Assembly: GCF_048593235.1 (NCBI RefSeq)
Contig: NC_133620.1
Span: 465,401,261 to 465,465,260, forward strand
Length of the DNA stretch: 64,000 bases
Direction of reading: 5' to 3'
Origin: Sminthopsis crassicaudata
Taxonomy: Eukaryota
The notes beneath the pieces are model-generated. The model was not told the origin of the DNA and ran no database searches. It worked only from the letters and a program-made list of their open reading frames with translations. Positions within the stretch are counted from its first letter, which is position 1; every line of letters starts with the position of its first letter. A program made the translations under genes and the position numbers. Shown here piece by piece: positions 41,571 to 54,307 of this stretch.

Positions 41571-44164
41571 TCAGCAATACAAAATTCTGTATTAAGAATT
41601 GAGAGGCCGTAAAGGTCATTCACCCCAGTCCTCTCATTTGCCAGATTAGGGGGTAAATCTGAGGGCCCCCAGCTAGTCCTCAGTAGAGTTAGAATTAGGA
41701 CCCCAAATTTGTAAAGTGCTCTCATTCACTTATCTTCACCACTTCCTCTTGGCCTTCTACAGAATGCCATTCTATTCTGACGTAAGGACATGATAATTCA
41801 TTTTGTCCTGTGCCTTCTATTCCAGAAAACTAAAGAAAATAGTTTTGTTTATTTGCTTTGAATTCCAAATTTGGGCACAGGCTAACCAATGAGAATTGTT
41901 CAAAGTAAGTTGGGATTCTTTGGATCCCCTGCCGCAAGGGTACTTCTGTGCCTTTGCCCGGCGCTGTGAGGGTATTTCGGTTCCCATACAAGAACCCCCT
42001 AGGGGTTCTTCCAGACTGAAATAGTCACAGGAAATTAGCCCAATCCCGGCCTTCAAGACCCCAGGGGAACCAAAGTAGTTCTAGAGACAAACCTAAAGGT
42101 CATCATGTCAGCATTGGGTTTTAAGTGACTTGGGGGGATCCAGATTGAACTATGGAGTGTAATTTAAAATTGGGGTTCTTAATATAGGGCCTGGATTTGT
42201 TTAAAACTTTTTTTGGCTACTTTGTGTAGTCAACAAAGTTGGTTTCCTTTGTAACGTTCAATAGTTTATCTTAAGCATTTGTAAATGTAGTTCTAAGAAG
42301 GGGGCCGTGCCATTAACAAAATCAAGACCCCCTGTTCTCGAGCATCTGGGACCAACAGTTTGGCCCTACAGCCAATTCCCTGGGTCTCATTCTAATCCTG
42401 GCTAGATGGACATCATCCCAGACTCTAGTCTAGCCTAACCTATGCTAGAGTAACCTCAGGAGTTGCACTACTAAATGCAATATGCCCGTGTCCCCCTCTT
42501 CCTCATACTTGAGGTCCCCCTTCTATTCAGGTTGGGCTATTTTGGGGGTAGCATAACAAAACAAATAATTATCTGCCTCATAGCTTTCCCCTCTTCTCCC
42601 AAGGAGAAAAAGGCTAATTCAGCTCTTGTACAAAACACTAACCCTTTTCTCAAATGAGTTTATAAATGATATTGCCCACTATTTTCCTACATGCTAAATT
42701 TCCCCCAGTACAGGTTAGAATGTTAAAGAGAAGCCTTGGACTACCCACCCCACCCCAGAGATGGAACTGAGAGGGGAGGAGGAAGGACAATGATTTGCCC
42801 AGTGTCTTGGGGGTCCGAACTTGAGTCCGTGGCTCCTGACATCCTGTTCTAGCTGTCAGTGTCCCAAAAAGTAAAGCTTCAAACAACCTTCCCTATTATT
42901 AAAATTCTATCCATCACTGAGTTGATTATATGGTTCCCACTCAACTGGGTTAGAAGTGAGAGAAGCCCCCATCCCACACCACCCGGTTAGAGGTCGTGGT
43001 GCACCCATTCCATACCCACCAATGGTTGCCCACAGTCTCGGGAGCTGGAGTTTCCTTCCATAGGCTCTTCAGCTTTGCCTTTTGTTGAATGTCAATCCCT
43101 TCTGCAGTCCCGGATAATGGGGTGGAGACAGCCCGGGTTTAGGTCAATCACAGTCAGCATCACTTTGGTTTGGGGAAAGATGTCCCTCTTTGTACAATAG
43201 GAATGGAGCCATCTCTGAGGCGTGGAATTAAGAGTGTAAGACTTTTTAAGGCAGTCAGGCAAAAGATTTCCATTGAGGAGGATCCAGGGGTCCTTAAGAG
43301 ACGGGTTAATAAACATGTTCTTGGGATGAATAGGCAGTCCTTGGCCCCAGGGGACGGGCCTCCAAAGGTCACAACCATCCCCACAATTCTGAGTCCGATT
43401 CTGAGTCCGGATCCTTAAAACTACACAAAAGGGGACAAGCTTTTTATAGCTTCAGTTATTTATTTGGCCCACATGGGAGAGGGATTGTGTACAATATATA
43501 AGCTTTACACGATTTCCATGCACTGAATAAGACTAAAGCCACCCAAAGGAGGTATAAGGATCTGTCCAAGTGCCAGCTTTAGGCCTCTGAGGCCGAACCA
43601 TTATGGTATAAAAGAAGAATTCAAGAGATAATGTAATTATTGTTGGGATGCTTAAAAACATTTGGTCTTCTTGGGGCCTAAAATAGGAATGGGTGAATTT
43701 TGAAACTCTGAGGTGCTCAGATTCGGGGTCATCTCGAAATACTGGAGCATTAATGTTTGACAGGCACTGGGAAGGCCAGGACAGAGGAGGAGCTCTGGTG
43801 CCAGGATTTAATTAGAAAATAGTAGGCCAGGCTGCTCTCTGAGCCTCAGGGGAGCTGAGCCTGGATTTGAGTTTAGTACAAACAAGTACAGGGAGACACC
43901 TCCCCTCCCATGCTCCTCAGGGAGGAACCCAGCAGCAGCCCCGAGCCTCCAGAGCAGTCCAAGGACTGAAGGAGTAGGCACAATGCAAAGGGTCAATCAA
44001 CTGATAAGCATTTATGAAGCCCCCTACTGTGCCCACAGTAATTCTTGTGACCTTCCTTAAACAACACCCAGCTTCTGAGAACTCAGAATTTCTCCCCCAT
44101 TTTTTGTCAAGATTTTTTTTTTTTCCACTTTATTTAGAGATAGTCATAGCTGGTTCTCTAATCT

Positions 44165-44395
44165 CTTAAGACTTTTTCCACTCCTGATCCCTTTTTGCCT
44201 GAGAAATTTTATGCAACTCTGGGTACACAGGTGTATAAATCACACATTTACTTGTAATTTTGCAACCCCCACATTCAGTTGCAAGACCCCACATAGAGCA
44301 ACCCAAGTTAAAGCAGCAGGACTAACCCCCATGTTGAGTTACAAGACCCCACATGGGGTCTCCAACCAGAGCTGAAGAAGTTGGGCTCCAGCCAG
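44165..44395 (-). mobile_element. hAT/Charlie-like non-autonomous DNA element fragment
   Basis: Reverse-complement similarity to 47478-47668 over several blocks, e.g. tacacaggtgtat vs acacatacctgtgtat. Confidence 0.55.
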
Positions 44396-46112
44396 TGCGG
44401 TAGTCAGTTCTGTGCACATATCAGCTCTTCATCTCTTCTGCATAAAACCCTGAGAACCTTCAGGAGCAATATGAAGCACTTCTGAAGCTGGAAGGGGAGC
44501 CCTGTGGTGCCCCAACTCCTGGGCCCTCCATGGCGGAGGAGATGGCACCTCTTCAGGGGCATTGCTGCTACTCCATATTTATTACTAGCTGGATCCAAGT
44601 CAAAAATCTAGATGACAATAAATTTTAGAAGGGTCTTAAGGTCAACTTTGGCCAGAAAATGGACTTTTTTTTTTTTTTAAAGCCTGCAGCAGCTCAGAGC
44701 TGTCCAGCTTATGGTCCACTTGGTGCCTGTGGCCAGGCCACGGGCCATGGGTTTGGCCTTCCCTTTGGCTCCCAATGATCAGATCCCTTGTGGAGAGGAG
44801 CCAGAACTCTTCCCTCTCGATTCTCTTCAGGCATCGTTGTACAAAATGCAAAGCTGTCTTCGTGCATGGATCTCAGGTTACAGAGTCTTAGAAAGCTTAC
44901 GAGAGTAAATCAAGCACGTTCGAGATGAAAGAGCACAGATTCAACTGAAACACAGAGAAAGTCTAAAGAGCATGCAGAGCAGTGTCCCCATCTCACGATC
45001 TGTCTTCAGCTCAATGGGATCGCTCAGGCCCTCGAGGACAGCCAGATGGTGACCAACGCTGGGCACCTTGGCTAGGCAGGCGGGCTGGGCCTGCCCTCGG
45101 ACCTCAGCATGCCTGTTGCAGCCTTCAGAAAGGCCCAGGGCTCTGCCCGATGAGCCCTGACCTTCCATGGCCGCCACTGCTCCTCTTAGGAATTCCCCAC
45201 TCACCTCACAGGAAAGCTCTCACGTTTACATGATTAGTGCTGTTGGCGAGAGGCCTCAAAGGACTTTATAAGCTCTGAAACCTTATCTGGCAAGTGGACA
45301 TTAGAGATGAGAAAAGAGTCTGCTCTTGTCAGTGAGAACAAGCAGAAGGCTTTCCTGTGAGGTTAGGGCCTCTGTTGTGGAAATACGGCAAAGGCCAGAG
45401 CCAACCTGAGCATGTGAAGCTGGCAAATCCCGGGTCCAGGACCCAGATTAGATTTAATGCAGCCCACCCAGGGAGTGAGAACATGAGAGTGAGAAACTGT
45501 AAGCACAAGTCTGGGTGACCTCTGAGGGAGGCCCCTGGAGAGTGGTACGGGGACCCCGCCCCCTCAGGGCTGCCATCCTTCAACCTCAAATCCCCAGCTT
45601 CAGGACTGCCATGAACATGGCACCACCCATTTCTCCCACTGTGGGTACTAGAGTTTTCTTGTCAAACAAGATGCCCTCCCAGTGCTGGGGAAGAAGGCTT
45701 CGGGTGCAAGTCTGGGCAAGAGCAGGGAACACGGGGCAGGAGGAAAGACTCTTTGGCGCCTTTGATGAGTCCCGGGGAATGAGCCTCCCATCCCTCACCA
45801 CCCCGATGGGTCAGCGGCACATGGGCAAGGGAGCAGAAGGCAGATGCTGCTCTTTAGGCAGCTCATGTGATTCACTCTTAGGGCATGTCTGTACGGCTCC
45901 TCCATGGGGCTCAGAACAAACAGAACCGCCAGACTCACATCCTCACTGCCTTCCCTGTAGTGTGGAGGCTACAAGAGGCAAGGAAGGAAGGCCCGGCTTC
46001 AGGATAGGGCCTGAATCGTTCCTTGTTAGCAATTCGCAGGAAAGGCGTCATCGTCCAGCCACTCAACAATGAGATGTTAGAAATAGGGCACCCCATGAAG
46101 GAAAGATCCCAA

Positions 46113-46491
46113 CCTCCATGCTTCCCTGCCCAGGAGGCTCCACCACCCTGGCCTCCATGCTTCCCCTGCCCAAGGAGACCGCCACCACCCTGGCCTCCAT
46201 GCTTCCCCTGCCCAAGGAGGCTGCCCCAACCCCAGCCTCCATGCTTCCTCTGCCCAAGGAGGCCGCCACCACCCCGACCTCTGTGCTTCCCTGCCCAAGG
46301 AGGCTGCCCCAACCCGGCATCCATGCTTCCCTGCTCAAGGAGGCCGCCACCACCCCGACCTCCATGCTTCCCTGCCCAAGAAGCTGCTCCAACCCTGGCC
46401 TTCATGCTTCCCCTACCCAAGGAGGCTGCCCCAACCCAGCATCCATGCTTCCCTGGCCTCCATGCTTCCCCTGCCCAAGGAAGCTGCCCAA
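46113..46491. repeat. 39-42-bp minisatellite (~9 copies) downstream of the ORAI2 stop
   Basis: Unit cctccatgcttccc(c)tgcccaaggagg... starts at 46113, 46152, 46194, 46236, 46278, 46318, 46359, 46399, 46440, plus a partial at 46457. Confidence 0.93.
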
Positions 46492-46830
46492 CGAGGCTGG
46501 TCTTTTAAGTTCCCAAAATTGTTTACTTTTGTTAGATGGAAAGGGAGGGGGAAACTTACTTTTGGCAACAGTATCTTATTTTAAAATACTTCCATAATCT
46601 CCAGGAAAATTTCTCACAGATTTATAGGCTTGAGACCGAATACAATTTTGGTCTTGAACTCTCTGGAAGTGTCTCAGCAGCCTCACAGAAACAGGAATTA
46701 CCAATTTGGCTTTTTAATATTCCAAAAAACTCAAGCAACTATCGTGCTCCTGTGACCAAAATACTTGTTTTATTTCCAGCTTCTTTGCCTTTGACAAAGA
46801 CACCCCCCGCCCCCTTGTGTGTCCAGCTAC

Positions 46831-49800
46831 TCACACGACCTGCAAGCTCCTCTCGTGACCGTCCAACTGGACTTTGAGTTTGTGGAGCTCCTCTATCTCC
46901 CGATTGTGGCGCTCCGTTTTGTGACGGACCAGGGAACGGTAAAAGTGAATGGTGAACACGACAAAGATGAGACCCACGGGCACCATGATGATGGTGGACA
47001 CGAGGGCAGCTTGCCAACCCGTGTGGCTGCTCGGGCCCGGCTTGGAACTGGGCCCGTCTTTCACGCTCGAGTCCACAGGAAGGAATTTGATCCAGCACAG
47101 GAGCACCACCTCTGCCAGGAAGAGAAGGATCCCCAGGACAGTGGAGAAGCCCCAAGCCAACTCGATGTAGGGGTGCATGCGCTCGTGAGGGGACTCACTG
47201 ATGGAGTTCAAGTTGTGAATGTTGCTCACAGCTTCCACATTGGGCAGGATACAGGTGCTGATGAGGAGGGCAAAGAGGTGGACTGCCACCAGCACCGTGG
47301 TGCAGGCACTGAAGGCTATCAGGAGCATCTGGGGGTACTGGTACTGCATCTCCAACTGCACCTCCACCATGGCGACCTGCAAAACAAAGGGGGCGCCTTG
47401 GAGGGGGCCTACGCCGGCCAACGGGCGTGGAGGGGAAAGGGGGCAGCCACCGCACTCCCGTCTAGCTGGTTTATACCAAAGCTTCTCAAACTGTGGCCGA
47501 GACCCCATTTGGAGCTGAATGTGGCAAGGGCGGGGTCACAAAGATTGCAATCTATTATCAGTAAATGTTTGATTTGTATCCCTAGTTTACACATACCTGT
47601 GTATGGGGGTTGTATAAAGATTTCTTGGGCAGAAAGGGGTCACAAGTGCAAAAAGTTTAAGTCCTGGTTTAGACAATTTTTTTGGTTTGTTTTTGCAGAG
47701 GCAATTAGGGTTAAGTGACTCGTCCAGGGTCACACAACCTGGAAGAGTTAAGTGTCTGAGGATGGATTTGAACTCCTGACTTCAGGGCTTTAACCACTGT
47801 ACCACCCAGCTGCCTCTGGCTTAGACAATCTTAGACAAGTGGTGAGCAGTATTGCTTTCGACTAGCACTCCTGAGTAATGATTTTAATCCTTCACTAATG
47901 GTCTTAGTCACCACTACAAACTTCCCCAGGCCGCTGGTGATGTTTCTTCGAGACCGCGCTGGCTGCTCACACAGACGGGCTCAGAGCACCATCTGGGCTG
48001 CTGGGTGCTTGGCAGAAATTTGAGGATGCCGAGTTTCCGCCATCGGGCGAGCTCCGAATCACTCGCATTAAGCCAGGGCTCTTACTTCACCGGGCTGCTG
48101 GCATGCAAATGAGCAGCTCAGGGAGTTCCGTGCCCTGGACGGTCCATCTGAGGAAGGCTGGGAAAGGAGAGTGGGCATCCCAAGGAGGTACCCCCTCTTC
48201 CCAGACAGGTTAAAGGTGACTTGGGGACAGTCAGTAGGGCCAAATGGCCCAGCACAGACCTGGGATCCATGGCTCCCAGCGTAGATGTCTGTTTGTGTTT
48301 ATCCTCCTAACAACCGCCCTCCCCACGTGGTACAGAAGAGGCAGACAGTGCACAGTGCTGATTGCAGCTCTGGTCAGGGGCTTGCGCTCTGCTAACAAAA
48401 CTTCTCCCAGCCCTCCTGGGGTGCACGGACCCCAGAAGCCTGATTACCTTAAAGCAAAGGGATCCAAGTAGTTCCCAGAGGAGGGGGAGGGAGAGGGGAA
48501 GCGCCCCACCTCCCCAACCACAGAGGGATGGACTCCGCCAAGGCTTGCACAAGACAGGAAGCGCCCAAAGCTGCCCTGAATGATTTCAGACAGAGGAACG
48601 ACAGAAGATGCCGCTATCTCCCTGTACATCTAACTACTCAGACTGAAGGTGAAGCTGCTTCCCTTTTCCATCCTCCACAGACCAAGAAAATCCCGGGGTC
48701 ACAGTGGCCAACAAGCTGAAGACCAGCAGCAGAACTCCCCAAATTGCTTAGGAGATGGGCTTCCAAGCAGCAAGGCCTTAAGTCATCCCTTCTCTATCAC
48801 CTTCATGACTCAATCACTCTTATTACAAGTTATGCTTGGGTAAAAGGACGTGGAGCTGTGGGAAAGATGCAGGGACTATTAACAGTGGTTAACAGAAAAT
48901 AAGAGAGATGGACAATGGGGCCTGGAAGGAAAGGGCAGCCGGAGGAGGGCTGCTCAGCCTTGGAAAGAGAAGATCAAGGGCTGTCTTTAAAGAAATGTTG
49001 GGGTTACCACAGGACCACAGGCGTTTGTCTTCTGCAGCAGCAGAAGCCCAAAGGGGGAGAAAGCGCCTTCAGAGATCTTAGGGGGGATGAGAGATGTCTC
49101 GGCCTTTGGGAAGAATAACGGCCGAAGAGTCAGGCCGGGGAGTCTTGATCCCCAAATCTTCGAAACAAACATCAGCCACCTTTGGGATTATCAACGATCA
49201 ACTAAAGGGAACTGGTCGTTTTCTGGGCCTTCGTCATTTCTACAGAGATCAATCAACAAGCATTTACTGAGCACCTACTATGCGCCAAGCGTTGTGCTAG
49301 GTTAGGGATGCAGGCACAACGATGAGACGATCTCTATCCACAGTGAGCTCATCTTCTAGTCAGGGCGCCCAGTATGTAGCAAATACAGGCAGAGAATATA
49401 GAGCGTATGTGTACACACTCACACGTAATCTCTCTGCGGAGAGAGCCCGTCTGTAACATCTACGTAGACATAACTGTGGTATATCCATGGACATTGACAA
49501 GTTGTTTGGGAGGGCTGGGGATCAGGAGTTGTAGGGATGATGGTGTGGGACAAGGGAGGGGAGAGCAAGGGAGGAGGCAGGGAGGATCAGGAAAGGCTCA
49601 GAGCAACAGAAGGGCTTGAGCCTCCTTCAAAGACGTGGATGTTGGGAGGCCAGACCTTCCAGCCTTGAGGGAAGCCCAGTCCAGGGACACAAAGATGGGA
49701 GGTGGGATGTCATGTGTGAGGCAGAGAAGGAAGGCTGGCTTGGCAGCTTGAGTGGTGCAGGAGGAACAGAGTCCACTGAGGTCAGAAAGATGGGGTTGGG

Positions 49801-50918
49801 GCCAGGTTGTAATTGATCCTGGAGGTAATAGGGAGCCATGGGAGCCTCTGAGTAGGAAAAGCACAGCCCTGACATTTCCATCCATCGTGGGTCAAGTCAC
49901 ATCCGGGGAGTCAGGCCTCTTCCAAACCAGCAGCAAAGCTGACCCCGGGTCCTATTTTGGTCTTTCACACAACAAAGCCAAGTACAGGAGGTCACTCACA
50001 TGGCCCCGGACCAAGGCTGGCCTTGCAGGAGCAAGCAGTCTGGGAGAGCTACCTTCTGTGAACATGCTTATGGAGCCCCATGTCTCCTCTCCCGGGAAGT
50101 ACAGATAGAGACTGGTTCTTAGGGCTGGGAGGATGAGAACAAGGGCCCTTGGGAGTGAGGTGCAAACCTGAGCGGGGAAAACAAAGGCTGCTATGGCTCC
50201 AACTTCCTGCCTGGGTGACCTTAACCTGATCCTCAGTTTCTCCCTCTGTAAAATAGGGATAACTCTCGACTCACTACCTCATTGGATTGCTATGAGAAGG
50301 GAGTATGTGAAGCTACTTAGTAAGACATCAAATCACCAGAACCGTGTTGTTCTCTTAGCGCAAAGTATTAAACTCATGTCTGCGAAGTCTCATGACCTGG
50401 TGTTCCTGAATCCTTACCAACTAACTTGCGTGTGTGGTCCAGAAAGACCGATTTCTTTAAAAACAGTTCCTGTAAACTGCTGGCGGCCACAGAGTGACTT
50501 CAACCCCTCCCTCCCCTCCCCGCCCTAGAACTCTGATGCTGGCAAAAAAATCTCCTAATCTCAAAAATCTCCCTTGGTTGCCAGAGCAGGCCTAGGGGCA
50601 GCCACTTACTTTGGGAAGCCCCAAAGAACCCCAGTAAATGCCACATCTTGCTGACAGCATCTCCCCATCCCAAGGGATCCTTGAAAAACTCACCATGGCA
50701 AATCCAGACAACAGGGCAGAAGTCCGGCTGGAAGCTTTGAGCTTGGCCCTGCTCAGGTAGAGCTTTCTCCAAGAAAGGGCTTGAACTGAATGATGATTAG
50801 AAGTGACCAATTCCAGGTAGCTTCGACGAACCCAGTCCCGATAATCCATCCCTTTATTACCTGGTTCAGAGCAAGTAGGTGGGGAAGGGTCCACGGGGAC
50901 ATTGAGCTCTGCACTCAT
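46831..50918 (-). CDS. ORAI2: Calcium release-activated calcium channel subunit ORAI2 (256 aa)
   Basis: Coding exons 50918-50694 ([11 protein letters not shown]...[25 protein letters not shown]) and 47376-46831 (VAMVEVQL...[11 protein letters not shown]), 771 nt. An extra in-frame ATG at 50921 has a weaker Kozak context. Confidence 0.97.
47478..47668 (+). mobile_element. hAT/Charlie-like MITE
   Basis: TIR-like ends caaagcttctcaaact ... aagtttaagtcctgg; ~190 bp. Confidence 0.55.
47678..47820 (-). mobile_element. WSINE1-like SINE with 9-bp TSD
   Basis: Reverse SINE body; TTAGACAAT at 47669-47677 and 47821-47829. Confidence 0.8.
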
Positions 50919-51798
50919 CATGGAAGCAAAGCTTGGGAGAAAGAAAAAAAAAAAAAAGAGAAAACCTATGTTCTGAATGGAGCCGAGGACACTGGACGAG
51001 ATGATGAGATCATTTTGTAAGACATAGCAACTCATTCTGTAATTCTATGGTTCCCATCCCTAAGTGACCCGATGAGCAAACAGCCACCCCAAAAAGCAAA
51101 GAACCAACTCTTTCCTAATAGCAACTCACATTTACAGAGTTCACTGAGAGACTGGAAGACAACTAGGATTATTCCCATTTTAGAGATGAAGAAACTGAGA
51201 TGCAAATTAAGCGATTTCTCTCAAGATTATCCACAATCTGGATTTGAATCCTGAGGACCCTCTCTCCTGTGCCCTTTCTGTCACATCAAAGTGCCCTGTT
51301 GCTACCAGGTTTCATGTTAAGATATGGGAGATCTGCCCAAACTTAGATCACTGAGCACTAGATGAAGTTGGAGTCTACACGGTAGGGACTGTCCCAGGGA
51401 ATTAAACCTCTTGGCAGAATCCTGACTTCCTGAACCTGCCAGATTAGAATACCTGTAGAGCTTCCAGACAGAGGTATGAATACATAGATGGAACAGAAAG
51501 ATTAGCTACAAATTCCTAGAACTCTCCCAACACCCGCCATTTTGCACCTGTCTACATGAGAATTTCAAGTAGAAATTACACCACCTGATGCTTCCTAGTT
51601 AACATTTGAAAAGATTTCTCCAAGTATTTCTCAGAGCTGAAGAATCTAGACTACTCATCTTTAATCTTTTAAAAATATCTGGACCAAAAAAATAACAATA
51701 AATAAATAAATAAATGAAATATCTTGATCAACCATCTTAAGGAAGACACTCAAAGCAGAAAACAGTATTTCCAAGAAGTGGTTTGTTCCTCAATAGGA

Positions 51799-51988
51799 CA
51801 GGGGTTCTCAAACTAGGGCCCATGGGCCAGACTCGGCCCACTGAGGACGTTTATGTGGCCCACCGGGTAATGGCAAATGGGCTGAGGGGCAGAGACAGAG
51901 TGTGAGCTTTTGTTTTTACTATAGTCCGGCCTCCCACAGTCTGGGGGACAGTGAACTGGCCCCTATTTAAAAAGTTTGGGGACCACTG
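51799..51988. mobile_element. hAT MITE resembling OC1 (OposCharlie1) non-autonomous elements
   Basis: 190 bp with 16-bp imperfect TIRs, caggggttctcaaact / agtttggggaccactg. CTCAATAG lies at 51789-51796 and 51989-51996 (8-bp TSD-like, offset by 2 nt on the left). The family name is from recall of the consensus, not a search. Confidence 0.7.
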
Positions 51989-53830
51989 CTCAATAGACTT
52001 TAAAATTCCTCCCATAATATGTTATAATGAAATTTTCAGTATATTTTACACATTAAAAAATTAACTAGAAACTATTAGGAGTCTTAACAGAAACAATTAA
52101 AAACATTTTTTTTTTTTTTTGGTGAAAAATCTAATTGAAGACTGGGTGGGGAGATTGCTGTTATTCTGGGGGGATTGGTCAGTTATATGACCCTATTTGG
52201 GGTTTTCTCAGCAAAGATACTGGAGTAGTTGGCTATTTCCTTCTTCAGCTCATTTGACAGATGAAGAAACTGAGGCAGAGAGGAATAAGTGATTTGTTCA
52301 GGGTCACATCTACCAAATCCAGATCTGAATTCATGAGGACATCTTTCTGATTTCAAGCCCAGCCCTCTACCCACTGCACCACCTACACGGAAGGGTACTC
52401 ATTTCAAATTTGGTTTGGAAGGTTGGAACTAAATGGAAGAGGGACTGATCTGTGGGAGTCTTGTCAAGTACAGCCTTAATTTTTTGCGGACTTCTGGAAT
52501 TCTAAGGATCAGACTATGTTCTCATTGTTATTCTTTAGTCTAAATCATGTCTGGCTCCTCGTGACCCCATCTGGGGTTTTCTTGGCAAAGCTACTGATTA
52601 GAATGATTTGCCATTTCCTTTTCCAGTATATTTTACAGATGGGGAAACTGAGGCACATAGGGTTAATGACTTGCCCAGAATCATCAGCTAATGAGTGCTG
52701 AGGATGAGTTTGAACTCAGGTTTTCCTAACTCCAGGTAAGTGCCCTATTTACTGCCTGCCCTAGGATGTATATCAATATACCAAAAGAGACCAAGTCTAC
52801 ACAGACAACTATACATGATCAGTGCCAATTCATCATGGAATCAGCCTCAAGGTCAGAGGCACCTTGTGGTTAGTTCACTTGGCACAGGATCCTAACCCAT
52901 CAAGTCTGCGGGAACAGGCTGCTTAGGCTTTTACAAACAAATCAGTGTTTCTGGACCCTGGTGCACTGAGCAGGGGAAGGGGAATCTTATAGGTGCCAGC
53001 AGCAGGAGCAAACCAGAGGCTTGTGGGGTTTTGCCCCCCTTTTTTGGCCTATAACTTGAAAAGTACACTCACCCCCCCCCCTTTTAATCCACACTTGTAT
53101 TTTAAAATTGCTTCTCAGGAGAGACTCAGTAGTTTCAGGAAGAATTCTTTTTGAGGGAGAAAGGAGCAATCTTAACAGAATTTAATGGCTTATATAATTC
53201 TCAGTGGGAAACCGTGAGCTCTTTTCAGCCAGGTTTGAGCTACTCTCTCTTTACCGCCCCCCCCCTCCCCAAGTTTCATCAATTACAGGTAACTGACACT
53301 CCTGAGAGAGCCCTGGAGAAGAGCATTCTCGACTTTCTTAGGGAGGGTTCAGGGAAACTAATTCCCACTAACCACCGGTTCGCTCTAAATGATCTAGACT
53401 CTTCCTAATTAGGAAGTTCTCTTCTTTGAGTAGCTCTCCTACCTAAATGTTGCCACTCTAGCCTCGTTTTATCCTATGGACGTTAAAAGTGGGAGGAAAG
53501 CGCTAGGGAGCCCCTTCCCCCATCCGGCTGCAGATTCAGAACGGGGAGAGCTTCAGGGAGGCGGCGGGCGGCCAGATTCAACTTCGTGAGGGCCAATTTT
53601 GGCGGGTTCCGAAGGTCCAGAGACAGCAAACAGGATTAACTACAGAGCCCATCCCCCACCTACCTTTCCCTCTTCCACACTGAGTAACAGGGAGCACGCA
53701 ATCATGCTCCCTCCTCCCCGGCTCCTGTTCCTGCCAAGGGCCCCCTTCTCGAGCCCACCACCGCAGGGACGCGCCCCCCTTCGCCACGACCGACCGCGAA
53801 TCCTCTCCGGGGAGCGATCCAAGGGATTAC

Positions 53831-53932
53831 CTTTGGCCAGCGCGCATTCCCAGCGGGGAAGCCCGCCGTACTGCAGCGCCGTAAAGCTGGCAGCATTACC
53901 ACAGCCGCAGTGGCAGATGCCCCGGAGCCGCC
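53831..53932 (-). other. ORAI2: Probable ORAI2 5'UTR exon 2
   Basis: Donor AAG|GTAATC at 53831/53830. The acceptor position (~53933) is uncertain. Confidence 0.5.
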
Positions 53933-54245
53933 CTCAGCGCCCGTGGGTGGGCAGCAGCAGCAAGGGTGTCCGGGAAAATCGTGAGCTGGCCCCCTCCCCC
54001 ACAGAGAGCCGCAGGGGTCCTCCGGGGCGCGCACCCACGAGATGATGATGTGACCGCACACACACACACTTAGATACACACACACACAGCCCTTTGTGCG
54101 CGGGAACGGACACCCACGCCCCCCCCAGACGCACACACAGACCCACGCCGAGACACACGTCTTTCTCCACGCCAAGTGTGAAGTAGACCACAAACACGGT
54201 GTTTCTCCACGAGAACGTGCATACATGGACAGCTGGCGGCGAGCG

Positions 54246-54255
54246 CGCGCGGACA

Positions 54256-54305
<50 letters not shown>
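54246..54305. repeat. (CA)n microsatellite in ORAI2 intron 1
   Basis: Directly visible. Confidence 0.92.

Positions 54306-54307
<2 letters not shown>

Noticed and set aside
45935-46597. Repetitive 109-161-aa ORFs (PPCFPCPRR etc.)
   Set aside because: Translations of the 3'UTR minisatellite; unit lengths vary and shift frame.
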